From: a virus
DNA length: 41,404 bases
Direction: 5' to 3' (one strand)
UHGV virus genome: UHGV-1357019
Numbering within the stretch: position 1 is the stretch's first letter; every line of letters begins with the position of its first letter. The notes beneath the pieces are model-generated. The model did not search any database, was not told the DNA's origin, and saw nothing but the letters and a program-made list of their open reading frames with translations. The position numbers were made by a program, and so were the translations under genes. Positions 1 through 8,866 of this stretch are shown here, one piece after another.

Positions 1-68
1 TCGGTAGATCCATATTTACACCACCAGTTTTTAAACCATTATATCAAATTGAAAGAGGTGAGATAGTA

Positions 69-215
69 ATGAACAGAAAAGAAGCATTACAAATTGGGAA
101 AATCATTGCTGATCGATGGTGGCATCATAACGAGTCAACGATTCTAGCAAAACAGAATATCGAGCGCAGGAAAGCGTGGGAACAAAAAAAGCTCACTACG
201 CCTGCAAGCAATTAG
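69..215 (+). CDS. hypothetical small protein (48 aa)
   Basis: ATG at 69 preceded by GAAAGAGGTGAG RBS-like sequence; open to TAG at 213-215; below the ORF-track cutoff, read manually. Confidence 0.3.
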   Translation: MNRKEALQIGKIIADRWWHHNESTILAKQNIERRKAWEQKKLTTPASN

Positions 216-250
216 TGAGCAAATGAAATTCGATTTGAGGTGATTATAAC

Positions 251-580
251 ATGCTATCGGAAAAAGAGAAAGTAGCTTTGGATAGATACATCACGACAAT
301 ACCAGATGAACCGAGGTGTGACAAAGAGGCTAGAAAGAATGAACTTGGAGAAACGCTTGAGTATTTTCAGGATGACAACGGTGCGACAGTAGCTCATAAC
401 GACACAGTATATCGTTTATCCATTCAAACAGAAACAATGCGTATCCATTTCTTAGTTCTTTTTGAAAGTGCACAGGAGTTGCTAGACGAATTCCAACAGG
501 AGTTGGTTATGGCTTCTCTATCAAAACACAGTGACGGTAAGACGTTTATTAAGGAAATGGAGGAGATGTTTGGTGAGTGA
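251..580 (+). CDS. hypothetical phage early protein
   Basis: ORF track; ATG with GAGGTGA upstream; no recognisable motif. Confidence 0.45.
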   Translation: MLSEKEKVALDRYITTIPDEPRCDKEARKNELGETLEYFQDDNGATVAHNDTVYRLSIQTETMRIHFLVLFESAQELLDEFQQELVMASLSKHSDGKTFIKEMEEMFGE

Positions 581-1283
581 GGTTAAGTCATTCGAAAATA
601 TATCTCAAATGGATTGGGAAAACGATATAAAACAAAAAGAAGGCGGGAAAAACAAAGAGACAGGCGAAACTATTTATCTAAAATACCTGTCATGGGCAAC
701 TGCACATAAAATCATGAAAATAATTGATCCTGAGGCTAAGATTATCGAGCATGAGTTCGAACATTATAGTGTCTTGAGCGGTCAAAAGAAAGACTTTTTA
801 ATAACTGAGTTGAAACCCTATCGTCAAACTGGTGATGGATACATGGTACAAGTTTCAGTTGAATTGTTCGGGAAGACGGAGACAGAAAATTATGCAGTGA
901 TCAATTTTAGAGGTCAGCCAGTTTTAAAACCGACTTCTACGGATATAAATAAGGCTCTAAAAAGAGCGTTTGTAAAAGCTTTGGCAAAACACGGAGTTGC
1001 GTTGTATCTCTATGAAGGAGAAGACATACCTGATCAACCTAAGATTGATGTTAAAGAGATTGAGAAACTAGAAAAATTATTAGCAAGTTTAGATGAAATA
1101 ACAGGGAACGAAAACAAGAAGACGCTAATTAATACTGTAAACAAGTATACAAAACAGGATAGTCGCTTAGGTAAAAAGGTTAAAGAAATCAGTGATATGA
1201 CTTATGACCAAAGTGGACTTTTCAAAATTGCTGCTAATAAGATTCAGCAAGACTTTGAAAAGCAATCGAAAAACAAGAAGTGA
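570..1283 (+). CDS. putative single-strand annealing protein (Rad52/Sak-like); start TTG 570 or GTG 573
   Basis: ORF 531..1283; GGAGG at 560-564 precedes TTG/GTG 570/573, so the upstream in-frame part is probably not translated; no Walker A; sits at the head of the recombination/replication module next to HNH and replisome-organizer genes; family call is from memory of Sak-like proteins. Confidence 0.4.
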   Translation: MVSEVKSFENISQMDWENDIKQKEGGKNKETGETIYLKYLSWATAHKIMKIIDPEAKIIEHEFEHYSVLSGQKKDFLITELKPYRQTGDGYMVQVSVELFGKTETENYAVINFRGQPVLKPTSTDINKALKRAFVKALAKHGVALYLYEGEDIPDQPKIDVKEIEKLEKLLASLDEITGNENKKTLINTVNKYTKQDSRLGKKVKEISDMTYDQSGLFKIAANKIQQDFEKQSKNKK

Positions 1284-1288
1284 AATAG

Positions 1289-1957
1289 ATGAATAATCTT
1301 TCCTATCTGACAAAAATTGTAAAAATAGTTGGAAACACAGTTGTTTTAGAACTGAAAGAAGAATTAAATATCGAACGTCTCAAAACAATATTTCATGACT
1401 TTGAGGGCGAACGACAAGCTGAAATTTTTATCAAGGACCCACGAAGCTTCACTTCACAGCAGAGACGCTTCATATTCGCTTTGTTGCAAGACATATACCT
1501 TTACACTGGAGAGCCTTTGGAGAGCCTAAAAGACGTGTTCTATTGGCAATTCAGATACTTCACAGGTAAAAACATCAGTCTATCTAATGAGTCCGAAAAC
1601 TCAGTTGATGAAGTAGCTACTTTAGCAGAGCTAATACTAGATTTCATCTTTGAAAATGATATTCCTTTCAGGGAAGGTTATGAAATTGCTCCACAGAATC
1701 AAGCGTACTACTTCTATAAATGTGTAATGACTCGAAAGTGCTGCATTTGTGGCAAGCATGCTGATATCTGTCATATAGACACAGTAGGAATGGGTAGAAA
1801 TCGTAGAAGAATAGATCATACGCAACACACGTTTTACGCTGGGTGTCGAAAGCATCATAGCGAAGAGCATCAATTAGGAACACAAAACTTTTTAAACAAG
1901 TACCAGATTATCCCGACAAAATTGAATGCAGATGCGGTCAAACGTTTGGGGATATAG
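1289..1957 (+). CDS. HNH-like zinc-finger nuclease domain protein (DUF968-like)
   Basis: C-terminal CxxC...H...H...CxxH cluster (CCICGKHADICHID...HTQHTFYAGCRKHHSEEH) typical of phage HNH/DUF968 proteins found beside annealing proteins. Confidence 0.5.
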   Translation: MNNLSYLTKIVKIVGNTVVLELKEELNIERLKTIFHDFEGERQAEIFIKDPRSFTSQQRRFIFALLQDIYLYTGEPLESLKDVFYWQFRYFTGKNISLSNESENSVDEVATLAELILDFIFENDIPFREGYEIAPQNQAYYFYKCVMTRKCCICGKHADICHIDTVGMGRNRRRIDHTQHTFYAGCRKHHSEEHQLGTQNFLNKYQIIPTKLNADAVKRLGI

Positions 1958-1968
1958 GAGGTGTTATT

Positions 1969-2205
1969 TTGTTTGAAGTAAGTAATAAAGCTCTAGACTT
2001 ATCGACGAAGTGGTTATTACTGAGACGGAAACTTTCGGCAAAGCAAAATTTGTTTCTAGAAATCATGACGTTTGCCTATATAGCTACGAATTCTAAAAAC
2101 AGCGGAATAGATATAAAAAAGACAACCAGAGAATCATTTGATTACAAAGGTCGATTAAAAAAAGACATTGTTTATGAAATGGTTGTTGATGTAGAGGAGG
2201 GATAG
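1969..2205 (+). CDS. hypothetical protein
   Basis: TTG start 1969 with AGGAGGTG RBS 5 nt upstream. Confidence 0.4.
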   Translation: MFEVSNKALDLSTKWLLLRRKLSAKQNLFLEIMTFAYIATNSKNSGIDIKKTTRESFDYKGRLKKDIVYEMVVDVEEG

Positions 2206-2206
2206 A

Positions 2207-3010
2207 GTGGTAGAACACAAAGGCTACTTTGCAGTAATACCGGCGATTGTTAGGTACGATTCAGAGCTTCCAGGCAATGCTAAGTTGTTGTACGGAGAAC
2301 TGACGGCTCTCTCCAATGAGATGGGTTACTGCTGGGCCACGAATCAGTATTTCGCTGAACTCTATAAAGTTAGTAAGCGGACCATTAGTAATTGGATCGC
2401 AAAACTGGAAGAGAGGAAATACATCACTATTGATCTTCAATATAAAGAAAATTCTTTTGAAGTAGCAAGACGGTGCATATATATTTCTCCATTTCCGACA
2501 AGCGGTGATTTCTATGGGGGTAGAAATAAATTTCATGAGGGTATAGAAGAAAATTTCCAGCCCCCCATGAAAAAAACTTCTAATAGAATAATACAATCTA
2601 ATAATACAAAGAATAATAAATATATATATAGTGTCGATTTCGAGGGGTATTGGAAAATGTACCCAAAAAAGACTCAAAAAAAGAAAGCGTTAGAACAATT
2701 TAAAAAGAAAGTGAAATCGGACGCTGATCTATCTGAATTTGATAAAGGGTACCTTAATTACTTGAAATATATTGAACTAAATGATTGGTATCATCCTCAA
2801 GAATTATTTAGGTGGATTCGTGATGAACGGTATAAGGATGAATACGATCTGGCACCGAAAGTTAGTAAAAGTAACTACAAAAACAATAAACACCGAGTTG
2901 AAGAGGTGCCAAGTCACATTAACACCCAACCGAATAAAAAAGAATCTGACATTGACTGGGTAGCAGAGGCAGAACGTTCTCTCGCCGAAAGAGGTGCGGA
3001 GAGTGAATGA
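2207..3010 (+). CDS. replisome organizer / DnaD-domain replication initiation protein
   Basis: N-terminal HTH-like Phage_rep_org_N-type region (YFAVIPAIVRYDSELPGNAKLLYGELTALSNEMGYCWATNQYFAELYKVSKRTISNWIAKLEE); GTG start with GAGGAGGG RBS; AT-rich iteron-like repeats inside the gene at 2585-2632. Confidence 0.65.
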   Translation: MVEHKGYFAVIPAIVRYDSELPGNAKLLYGELTALSNEMGYCWATNQYFAELYKVSKRTISNWIAKLEERKYITIDLQYKENSFEVARRCIYISPFPTSGDFYGGRNKFHEGIEENFQPPMKKTSNRIIQSNNTKNNKYIYSVDFEGYWKMYPKKTQKKKALEQFKKKVKSDADLSEFDKGYLNYLKYIELNDWYHPQELFRWIRDERYKDEYDLAPKVSKSNYKNNKHRVEEVPSHINTQPNKKESDIDWVAEAERSLAERGAESE

Positions 3011-3311
3011 CTTTGAGTTGTTAAAAACACTACACAATAAGTTGCCTCAGGATTACAAAGAGATACAGGTACCTTATTTAACAAGGTATAGCCAACATAT
3101 CGTAAAAGGTGGAAATGTATCTGACGATCGAGCAAAACAATTGTTTAAACAATACTGGGTAGGCTATTTCATCTATCATTACCAACAAAAAAATAAGGAA
3201 TATGATTTTTGGGTTCTAAATGGTCAATCATATGAAACACAACTTGATTTTGCGAAAAAGATGTATGAAAAAGTGTTTGGATATGTTCCCAAAATGAAGG
3301 ATAGAAAATGA
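2994..3311 (+). CDS. hypothetical protein (start 2994 or GTG 3003)
   Basis: ORF track; AAAGAGGTG RBS; overlaps the end of the upstream gene. Confidence 0.4.
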   Translation: MRRVNDFELLKTLHNKLPQDYKEIQVPYLTRYSQHIVKGGNVSDDRAKQLFKQYWVGYFIYHYQQKNKEYDFWVLNGQSYETQLDFAKKMYEKVFGYVPKMKDRK

Positions 3312-3724
3312 CTAGGTATACATTGCATTTAGAACCAAAGCCACAATCTCGGCCACGTTTTGGACGAAACGGAACCTATGAAGGCAAAAAGATGAAACAG
3401 TGGAAGCGTAATTGCGAGAGTCAGCTTAGATTGATGAACCCTAAAATTATCGAGAAGGGCGCTATATTCGTCGCTATGACGTTTTACATCTATCCGCCTA
3501 AACGGATAGCCGAGATGAAAAAGAAACGCTTAGAACTCGAATCAGAGACGATTTACGTTGATAAGCGACCAGACATAGACAATTACATCAAAGCAGTTCT
3601 GGATTGCGGCAATGAAATACTCTTCAAAGATGATGGGCAGGTAGCTGCACTATCGTCACAAAAACTTTATTCGTTAAATCCGCGAATAGAAATTGAAATT
3701 ACAAGCTTGGAGGAAAACAAATGA
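3308..3724 (+). CDS. rusA: RusA-family Holliday junction resolvase
   Basis: Sequence [11 protein letters not shown]....IYPPKR....[27 protein letters not shown] matches the RusA endodeoxyribonuclease signature including the catalytic D-rich region. Confidence 0.75.
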   Translation: MTRYTLHLEPKPQSRPRFGRNGTYEGKKMKQWKRNCESQLRLMNPKIIEKGAIFVAMTFYIYPPKRIAEMKKKRLELESETIYVDKRPDIDNYIKAVLDCGNEILFKDDGQVAALSSQKLYSLNPRIEIEITSLEENK

Positions 3725-4194
3725 TAAACAATGTGGTTCTAGTAGGAAGGTTAACGGCTGATCCAAACCTACGATATACGGCAAATGGCACAGGAGTAGC
3801 AACATTCACTCTCGCAGTGAACAGAAACTTTACCAATCAAGATGGTAACAGAGATGCAGACTTTATTAACTGCGTAATTTGGCGGAAGTCAGCAGAGACG
3901 TTAGCCAATTACGCTAAAAAGGGAACGCTGTTAGGTGTGATTGGCCGTATTCAAACAAGAAGCTATGAAAATCAGCAAGGACAACGTGTCTATGTAACAG
4001 AAGTAGTTGCTGAGAACTTCCAATTGCTTGAATCACGTAGTGCGAGTGATCAGCGTCAGAATACTAACGCCAGTACTAACTCAAATGGCAACTATGATCA
4101 ATCAAATAAAAATAGTGTGCCTGACTTTGGTAGAGATAACAATCCTTTTAGTGGTTCATCGATTGACATCGGCGACGATGATCTGACGTTTTAG
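3721..4194 (+). CDS. ssb: single-stranded DNA-binding protein
   Basis: OB-fold SSB N-terminus ([33 protein letters not shown]...), Q/N/G-rich linker and an acidic C-terminal tail DDDLTF. Confidence 0.85.
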   Translation: MINNVVLVGRLTADPNLRYTANGTGVATFTLAVNRNFTNQDGNRDADFINCVIWRKSAETLANYAKKGTLLGVIGRIQTRSYENQQGQRVYVTEVVAENFQLLESRSASDQRQNTNASTNSNGNYDQSNKNSVPDFGRDNNPFSGSSIDIGDDDLTF

Positions 4195-4204
4195 GAGGGG
4201 TTAA

Positions 4205-4693
4205 ATGAGTAGACGTAAAACACCAGAACAACAAGCGGCGTGGAGCGAATTGTTATTATTGATCAATGATCCAGAGTGGTATTTAGACAGGGAAAAAAGT
4301 GATAGGCATAAAACGCTTATGAAAATCATATTAGCGGATGACAAAGACGACTCCTCAAAATCGAAAAAAGAAAAATATCAGGACTATTTGAACAAACGTC
4401 CAGGGATGGAGAAGAAAATAGTTGAAATGATTAGACAGGGGAAAACAATAGCTCAGATTCATGAGGTATACACGATTGATCGTAAGATATTTGCTTATGT
4501 GAGGCACAAACACCAGTTACCAAAATTTAGAAAGCTAGTGGTTCCTACTGCCGAAGAATTAGAAAAGTCATACAAAAGCGGCGGTTGGAAGAAAGCGAGT
4601 CGAGATTTTGGTGCGTCCCAAGGAACGATTTATCAATGGATGCGGAAATACGGAATTGAAAGAAACTATGTGATAAACGAAATGGAGGATTAG
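4205..4693 (+). CDS. HTH-containing DNA-binding protein
   Basis: TAGGAGGGG RBS; C-terminal HTH-like GASQGTIYQWMRKYGI. Confidence 0.45.
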   Translation: MSRRKTPEQQAAWSELLLLINDPEWYLDREKSDRHKTLMKIILADDKDDSSKSKKEKYQDYLNKRPGMEKKIVEMIRQGKTIAQIHEVYTIDRKIFAYVRHKHQLPKFRKLVVPTAEELEKSYKSGGWKKASRDFGASQGTIYQWMRKYGIERNYVINEMED

Positions 4694-4694
4694 C

Positions 4695-4937
4695 ATGCAT
4701 ATAGCAAATATCTACGGCGAGTCTATCGTGGGTGAAGAAATCGAATATCTAGATCAACCCTACAAAAATATTATTATCGTGGAGGATTCTAACGGTGACA
4801 AACACGTGGTTCACAAAGACACGATCGATAGGAATCGTAAGCGAAAACCAAGCCGTGCAGGAGTGAGGTTTGACCTTCTAGGTTGTCAGGCGCATGGAAG
4901 AAAAGGGACGTTGAGAAAGTGGCGGAGGATTGGTTAG
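4695..4937 (+). CDS. hypothetical protein
   Basis: GGAGGA RBS then ATG 4695. Confidence 0.4.
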   Translation: MHIANIYGESIVGEEIEYLDQPYKNIIIVEDSNGDKHVVHKDTIDRNRKRKPSRAGVRFDLLGCQAHGRKGTLRKWRRIG

Positions 4938-5194
4938 GACATAAGAAAAAGCTCCGCAAACTGGGGCTATCAAGTAGAAAGAAGGTGACCATCTTGCGGT
5001 CAATTTATCAAGTGACTTTTAGTAAAAAAGATAACAAAATGACTTGGGTCAAAGCGGTTGTAGCAACATCAGAGGAAAATGCAAAGAAAGTATTCGCAGA
5101 AGAAAATCAGTTTGAAGAAATTAAAGGTGTCAGGATATTAGGGAACGTAGTAGACGAACTAATGGACGATGGGATCGGATTTGAGAATGAATAG
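4883..5194 (+). CDS. hypothetical protein (start uncertain; TTG 4883 or TTG 4993)
   Basis: ORF overlaps the upstream ORF in another frame; best internal start is TTG 4993 with GAAGGTGA upstream. Confidence 0.3.
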   Translation: MSGAWKKRDVEKVAEDWLGHKKKLRKLGLSSRKKVTILRSIYQVTFSKKDNKMTWVKAVVATSEENAKKVFAEENQFEEIKGVRILGNVVDELMDDGIGFENE

Positions 5195-5227
5195 TTCCAC
5201 AAATGGAGGAGTTTGTAGAGGTGACCT

Positions 5228-5404
5228 ATGAACAAAAGACAAAGAAAAAAGAAACAAACTGAGGTAGTTTACCTTTTCAAGTGGAATGATGATGTGTCAT
5301 CAAAAATTTGGGTGAAAGGAAATCACAGAACGAAATTACTTTATAAGTTAGCGGTTAAGTACGGTTTATTGAAAATTGGTCGAGGATACAAGGACTTTTT
5401 CTAA
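5228..5404 (+). CDS. small basic protein (58 aa)
   Basis: ATG 5228 after GGAGGAG; MNKRQRKKKQTEV...; below the ORF-track cutoff; 3' end lies in a conserved intergenic element. Confidence 0.35.
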   Translation: MNKRQRKKKQTEVVYLFKWNDDVSSKIWVKGNHRTKLLYKLAVKYGLLKIGRGYKDFF

Positions 5405-5441
5405 GTCCAGTAACGAAGGCTATTAAGGAGGTATTTTAACA

Positions 5442-5627
5442 ATGGAAATAATTTTAGAAGTTGGTTACCGAGACAAGTATACAGCCAGACTACAAACAGA
5501 AGAAGTAGTAACAGAAGATGATGGTTACGCCTATGAATCCGCAGTGATGACCGTGTTAGAAAACTTGAGCGGACACGGGGCGGACATAAAAGATATAGAT
5601 GTTTGTTTTGTAAAAGAAAACAAATAA
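5442..5627 (+). CDS. hypothetical protein
   Basis: AAGGAGGT RBS. Confidence 0.4.
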   Translation: MEIILEVGYRDKYTARLQTEEVVTEDDGYAYESAVMTVLENLSGHGADIKDIDVCFVKENK

Positions 5628-5673
5628 AAGAAGTGAACTAACGGGCGGAATTAAATAGAAAAGAGGGTTCTGA

Positions 5674-5904
5674 ATGTCAGAGGAATATCCAAGATATTTG
5701 ATACTGGGTACGATAGAGCACGAACGCTATATGCAAGACGCATATTATTGTGGTTGGGTGACGCCTACACCTATTTTAACAACACTAAAACAAAAAATGT
5801 GCCGACATGAATTCACACTTTGGTGTACAAATGTGGGCGTGAAAGATGCACGGTTAACTTCGTATCGAAAATGTATGAAATGCGGAAAAGAAGAATTCTG
5901 CTAA
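5674..5904 (+). CDS. Cys-rich (zinc-ribbon-like) small protein
   Basis: CGW..CRHEF..C...CMKCGKEEFC pattern. Confidence 0.4.
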   Translation: MSEEYPRYLILGTIEHERYMQDAYYCGWVTPTPILTTLKQKMCRHEFTLWCTNVGVKDARLTSYRKCMKCGKEEFC

Positions 5905-5927
5905 CGGAGTCGTTGGAGGAAATAAAA

Positions 5928-6134
5928 ATGGGTTTAACAGTTTTTAAAATGGAATTTTATCATTTTGATAATACTTCAATCACGATGATGAAAAATAGTA
6001 AGTTTCTGTATAGCGTGGAAATTGTAGATGATAACGGCAGGTACGAATTTAGTAACGGTCTGACATTCAAAGAAGCAAAAGCGATTGTAGACAGTGAAAT
6101 TCAAACATTTGCAGATAAGTTGAAAGTCAATTAA
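5928..6134 (+). CDS. hypothetical protein
   Basis: In-frame ATG 5928 with GGAGGA RBS inside the longer track ORF 5820..6134. Confidence 0.4.
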   Translation: MGLTVFKMEFYHFDNTSITMMKNSKFLYSVEIVDDNGRYEFSNGLTFKEAKAIVDSEIQTFADKLKVN

Positions 6135-6161
6135 TGACAACTATCAGGGAGGAAATTAACA

Positions 6162-6521
6162 ATGGGAAGAAGCATAGATTTATACAGCTATGACTATGAA
6201 CCACTTGTAGAAGGAATCAAAGAATATGTTTCTGCTGATAACACAGAAGTTATCAGGAAAATTTTATCAGTAGGTGGCAGTGTTATTGGAGATAAGTACA
6301 TTATTCTAAATAATGAGCTTTGGGATGAATGCAGTCCTTACTACAATGTAGCTGGTGCATTGGAAAATTACTTTAAGGCAGAAGACGTTTTTGGAGAAAT
6401 ATTTTGTACCATGGACAATAAGTTCGGACATGCAGAGTTAATCAATGCATGTAATCCACCAGAAGAACTTCTCTATGAACTGAAACTGATTGAGGAGAAG
6501 GACGATGATACCGAAGTTTAG
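6162..6521 (+). CDS. hypothetical protein
   Basis: CAGGGAGGA RBS. Confidence 0.45.
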   Translation: MGRSIDLYSYDYEPLVEGIKEYVSADNTEVIRKILSVGGSVIGDKYIILNNELWDECSPYYNVAGALENYFKAEDVFGEIFCTMDNKFGHAELINACNPPEELLYELKLIEEKDDDTEV

Positions 6522-6912
6522 AGCTTGGTGGATACAAGATGAAGTGATGACACACATTGACACATTGGAGTTCTTGCAAGGTGGCATCAGGGTATCTGAC
6601 GGATGTTGGCATGAGAAATTTTTAGGTGATGAAGTCATTCTCATGCAGTCAACGGGATTTCATGATAAAAACGGTAAAGAAATCTTTGTCGGTGACATTG
6701 TGATTCACACACAAAAATCAATAAATTATGAAGACGTATACCATCATAGTTACGCAGAAGTGTTTCAACAGCAAAATGGTGCATACCGTATCAGAGGAAA
6801 AGACATATATGGAACCGATGCTTATGGTGCTCGAAAAAATTTGAAAGTGGTTGGGAATATTTACGAACATGCTGAGTTATTGAATAAGGATAGATTCATG
6901 ACTGAGGATTAA
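6505..6912 (+). CDS. YopX-family protein (paralog 1)
   Basis: MIPKFRAWW... N-terminus and VVGNIYEHAELL C-terminus characteristic of YopX; GAGGAGAAGG RBS; ATG 6505. Confidence 0.7.
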   Translation: MIPKFRAWWIQDEVMTHIDTLEFLQGGIRVSDGCWHEKFLGDEVILMQSTGFHDKNGKEIFVGDIVIHTQKSINYEDVYHHSYAEVFQQQNGAYRIRGKDIYGTDAYGARKNLKVVGNIYEHAELLNKDRFMTED

Positions 6913-6940
6913 AATTCCGTTAATCACGCCTACTAAGTAG

Positions 6941-6975
6941 ATTCCCTCAATCAATATACCTGATTGAGGGAGAGA
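6941..6975. terminator. bidirectional hairpin terminator between convergent genes
   Basis: CCCTCAATCA-atatacc-TGATTGAGGG perfect 10-bp inverted repeat between the + gene end (6912) and the - gene end (6981). Confidence 0.55.
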
Positions 6976-6980
6976 AAACG

Positions 6981-7205
6981 TTACTTATTTCTTTTACGAA
7001 TGAGTATTTTATCAAGTGTGTGGACACTTTGCTTTCCTATGACGAAAAATTCGTCCGGGAACTCCTTTCCTAATGATTTTAGCAGTTTGTAATCATTGTC
7101 AGTGAAATGAGAGAAGAATTCAGGAGCATTTTTCTTTTTAAGTGTATCTCCGCCAATTTTGTCTAATGTCTCATAGACAAACATTCTGAGTTCAAAAATA
7201 GTCAT
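6981..7205 (-). CDS. hypothetical protein (reverse-oriented moron, 74 aa)
   Basis: Minus-strand ORF with a strong AAGGAGGTG RBS 6 nt before ATG 7205; flanked by a terminator and a divergent promoter region. Confidence 0.55.
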   Translation of the reverse strand: MTIFELRMFVYETLDKIGGDTLKKKNAPEFFSHFTDNDYKLLKSLGKEFPDEFFVIGKQSVHTLDKILIRKRNK

Positions 7206-7320
7206 ATTAGCACCTCCTTAAAAAATATTTTTTATTTATAAATACACTATAACAGCAAAGGATACCTCTAAACGCTCTAAATTATTTTTGAGAAATTAGT
7301 TTGATAAAGGGGGAAAGTCA

Positions 7321-8079
7321 GTGAGAGCATTATCTCTTTTTTCAGGGATTGGCGGATTAGATTTAGCGGCAGAATGGGCCGGGATTGAAACTGTCGCATT
7401 CTGTGAGAACGCCGATTTTCCAAAAAAAGTATTGAAGAAACAATGGCCAACAGTGCCGCAGTTTGAAGATGTGAAACAGTTAGATATTCAGTTGTTAGAA
7501 AGTAGTGGGATAGATGCAAGAACAATTGGAATTATTCACGGAGGATTTCCTTGTCAGCCTTTCTCACTTGCAGGAAAAGGAAAGGCCGAAAACGACGATC
7601 GCTACTTGTGGCATGAGTTCGCAAGACTCGTCAAAGAAATTCAACCTCGTTGGGTTGTCGGCGAGAATGTACCAGGAATTCTTAACCGTGGACTCGAAAC
7701 AGCCATTAGTGACTTGGAAAAAGAAGGCTACGAAGTTTGGGTTTTCAGTGTTGCAGCTAGTAATATCGGGGCCATCCACAAAAGGCAAAGGTTCTTTATC
7801 GTTGCTTGCAACACCGACAGCCAGTCAATCATACAAGAGGATTCGCCCGCTTGCACCTTCAGAAGCGAACGGCAAGCATGGCAAAGTTCTTCCTGGAAGT
7901 CTTGGCGAGAATTTCGAGAGCTACATTGGAAAGTACCCGAACCCGGCATTTGTCGAGTGGATGATGGGGTATCCGGAGAATTGGACAAAAATAGATTGAT
8001 TGCTTTAGGGAATGCGGTCCAACCACAACAAGTTTATCCGATCTTTAAAGCAATCATGGAAATTGAAAACGGAAGCTAA
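7321..8079 (+). CDS. DNA (cytosine-5)-methyltransferase, apparently frame-disrupted
   Basis: Frame 1 has motif I FSGIGG, motif IV GFPCQPFS, motif VI ENV, motif VIII QRFFIVACN and motif X LGNAV; the expected motif IX (FVEWMMGYPENW) is encoded in the overlapping ORF 7514..7999, which ends at an A5 tract (7987-7991). Confidence 0.7.
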   Translation: MRALSLFSGIGGLDLAAEWAGIETVAFCENADFPKKVLKKQWPTVPQFEDVKQLDIQLLESSGIDARTIGIIHGGFPCQPFSLAGKGKAENDDRYLWHEFARLVKEIQPRWVVGENVPGILNRGLETAISDLEKEGYEVWVFSVAASNIGAIHKRQRFFIVACNTDSQSIIQEDSPACTFRSERQAWQSSSWKSWREFRELHWKVPEPGICRVDDGVSGELDKNRLIALGNAVQPQQVYPIFKAIMEIENGS

Positions 8080-8151
8080 CTCAGCCTATCAAGTAAGAAT
8101 CTATGTGATCATTAATCGACTTTTTGACCACATAGAATTTAGGAGGTATTT

Positions 8152-8646
8152 ATGAATAAACAAGAAGTGATAAAGAAAATTAATCTCGAAATGTTTGCTT
8201 GTCCGACTTGGAAACCAGAAGATGCGGATGCTCCAACGACTGATTTCAAAGATGGATATAACGCAGCCTCTAAAGCAAATATCAAAATAATTAATCAACT
8301 AGACGAACCGACGAAAGTGATTGCTCAATTGGCCGAAAAATGGCACGAAGACATTGGTCCTGTTCTCTGGTGGGATTTCCCAGTCGAAGAACCACCATAT
8401 TGTGGCACACCACTAGATGACGATTTTCCAAAGTATAAGACACATTTTACTGAACTTTATATTCCAGACGAGATCGAGGAAGAGCCGAAGTGGGTACTAA
8501 AACATCAAAACGGGATGTATTTTACCAGATTCAACGAAGAAATGGAACCGCTCTTGGGAGGGGAGAAAAGGGCTTATAGATTCACCGATGAATCTAAAGC
8601 AGAAGCGCTGACAATATTCTTTAATGGTACAGTCGAGAAAGTGTAG
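8152..8646 (+). CDS. hypothetical phage protein
   Basis: GGAGGT RBS. Confidence 0.45.
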   Translation: MNKQEVIKKINLEMFACPTWKPEDADAPTTDFKDGYNAASKANIKIINQLDEPTKVIAQLAEKWHEDIGPVLWWDFPVEEPPYCGTPLDDDFPKYKTHFTELYIPDEIEEEPKWVLKHQNGMYFTRFNEEMEPLLGGEKRAYRFTDESKAEALTIFFNGTVEKV

Positions 8647-8655
8647 GTGTAATAG

Positions 8656-8859
8656 ATGCTAAACAAGAAAAACATTATGGGAATAATCCAAGACCATCAA
8701 GATGAAATCGATCAATTGGAGTATGAACTAGAACAAGCAAGACAGTGGTGTATGACAGAAAGTGTAAAGTCACTAAGGAACAGATTATCTTATCTGAGAG
8801 ACAATCAATACAGATATAAGCTTCAGGCGAAAGCTTGGGGCTTGATCGAGAAAGTGTAG
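8656..8859 (+). CDS. hypothetical protein
   Basis: ORF track. Confidence 0.35.
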   Translation: MLNKKNIMGIIQDHQDEIDQLEYELEQARQWCMTESVKSLRNRLSYLRDNQYRYKLQAKAWGLIEKV

Positions 8860-8866
8860 GTGTTAC

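Noticed and set aside
4205-5194. Possible anti-CRISPR (acr-aca) locus: HTH protein followed by small unknown proteins
   Set aside because: The gene order is the reverse of the usual acr-then-aca arrangement. There are no distinctive features and the context is ordinary early-gene clutter. The idea is speculative without homology searches.
7514-7999. Track ORF 7514..7999 as an independent 161-aa gene
   Set aside because: Its N-terminal two-thirds has no features. Its only recognisable content is the methyltransferase motif-IX region, so it is the alternate frame of the disrupted methyltransferase and not a separate gene.
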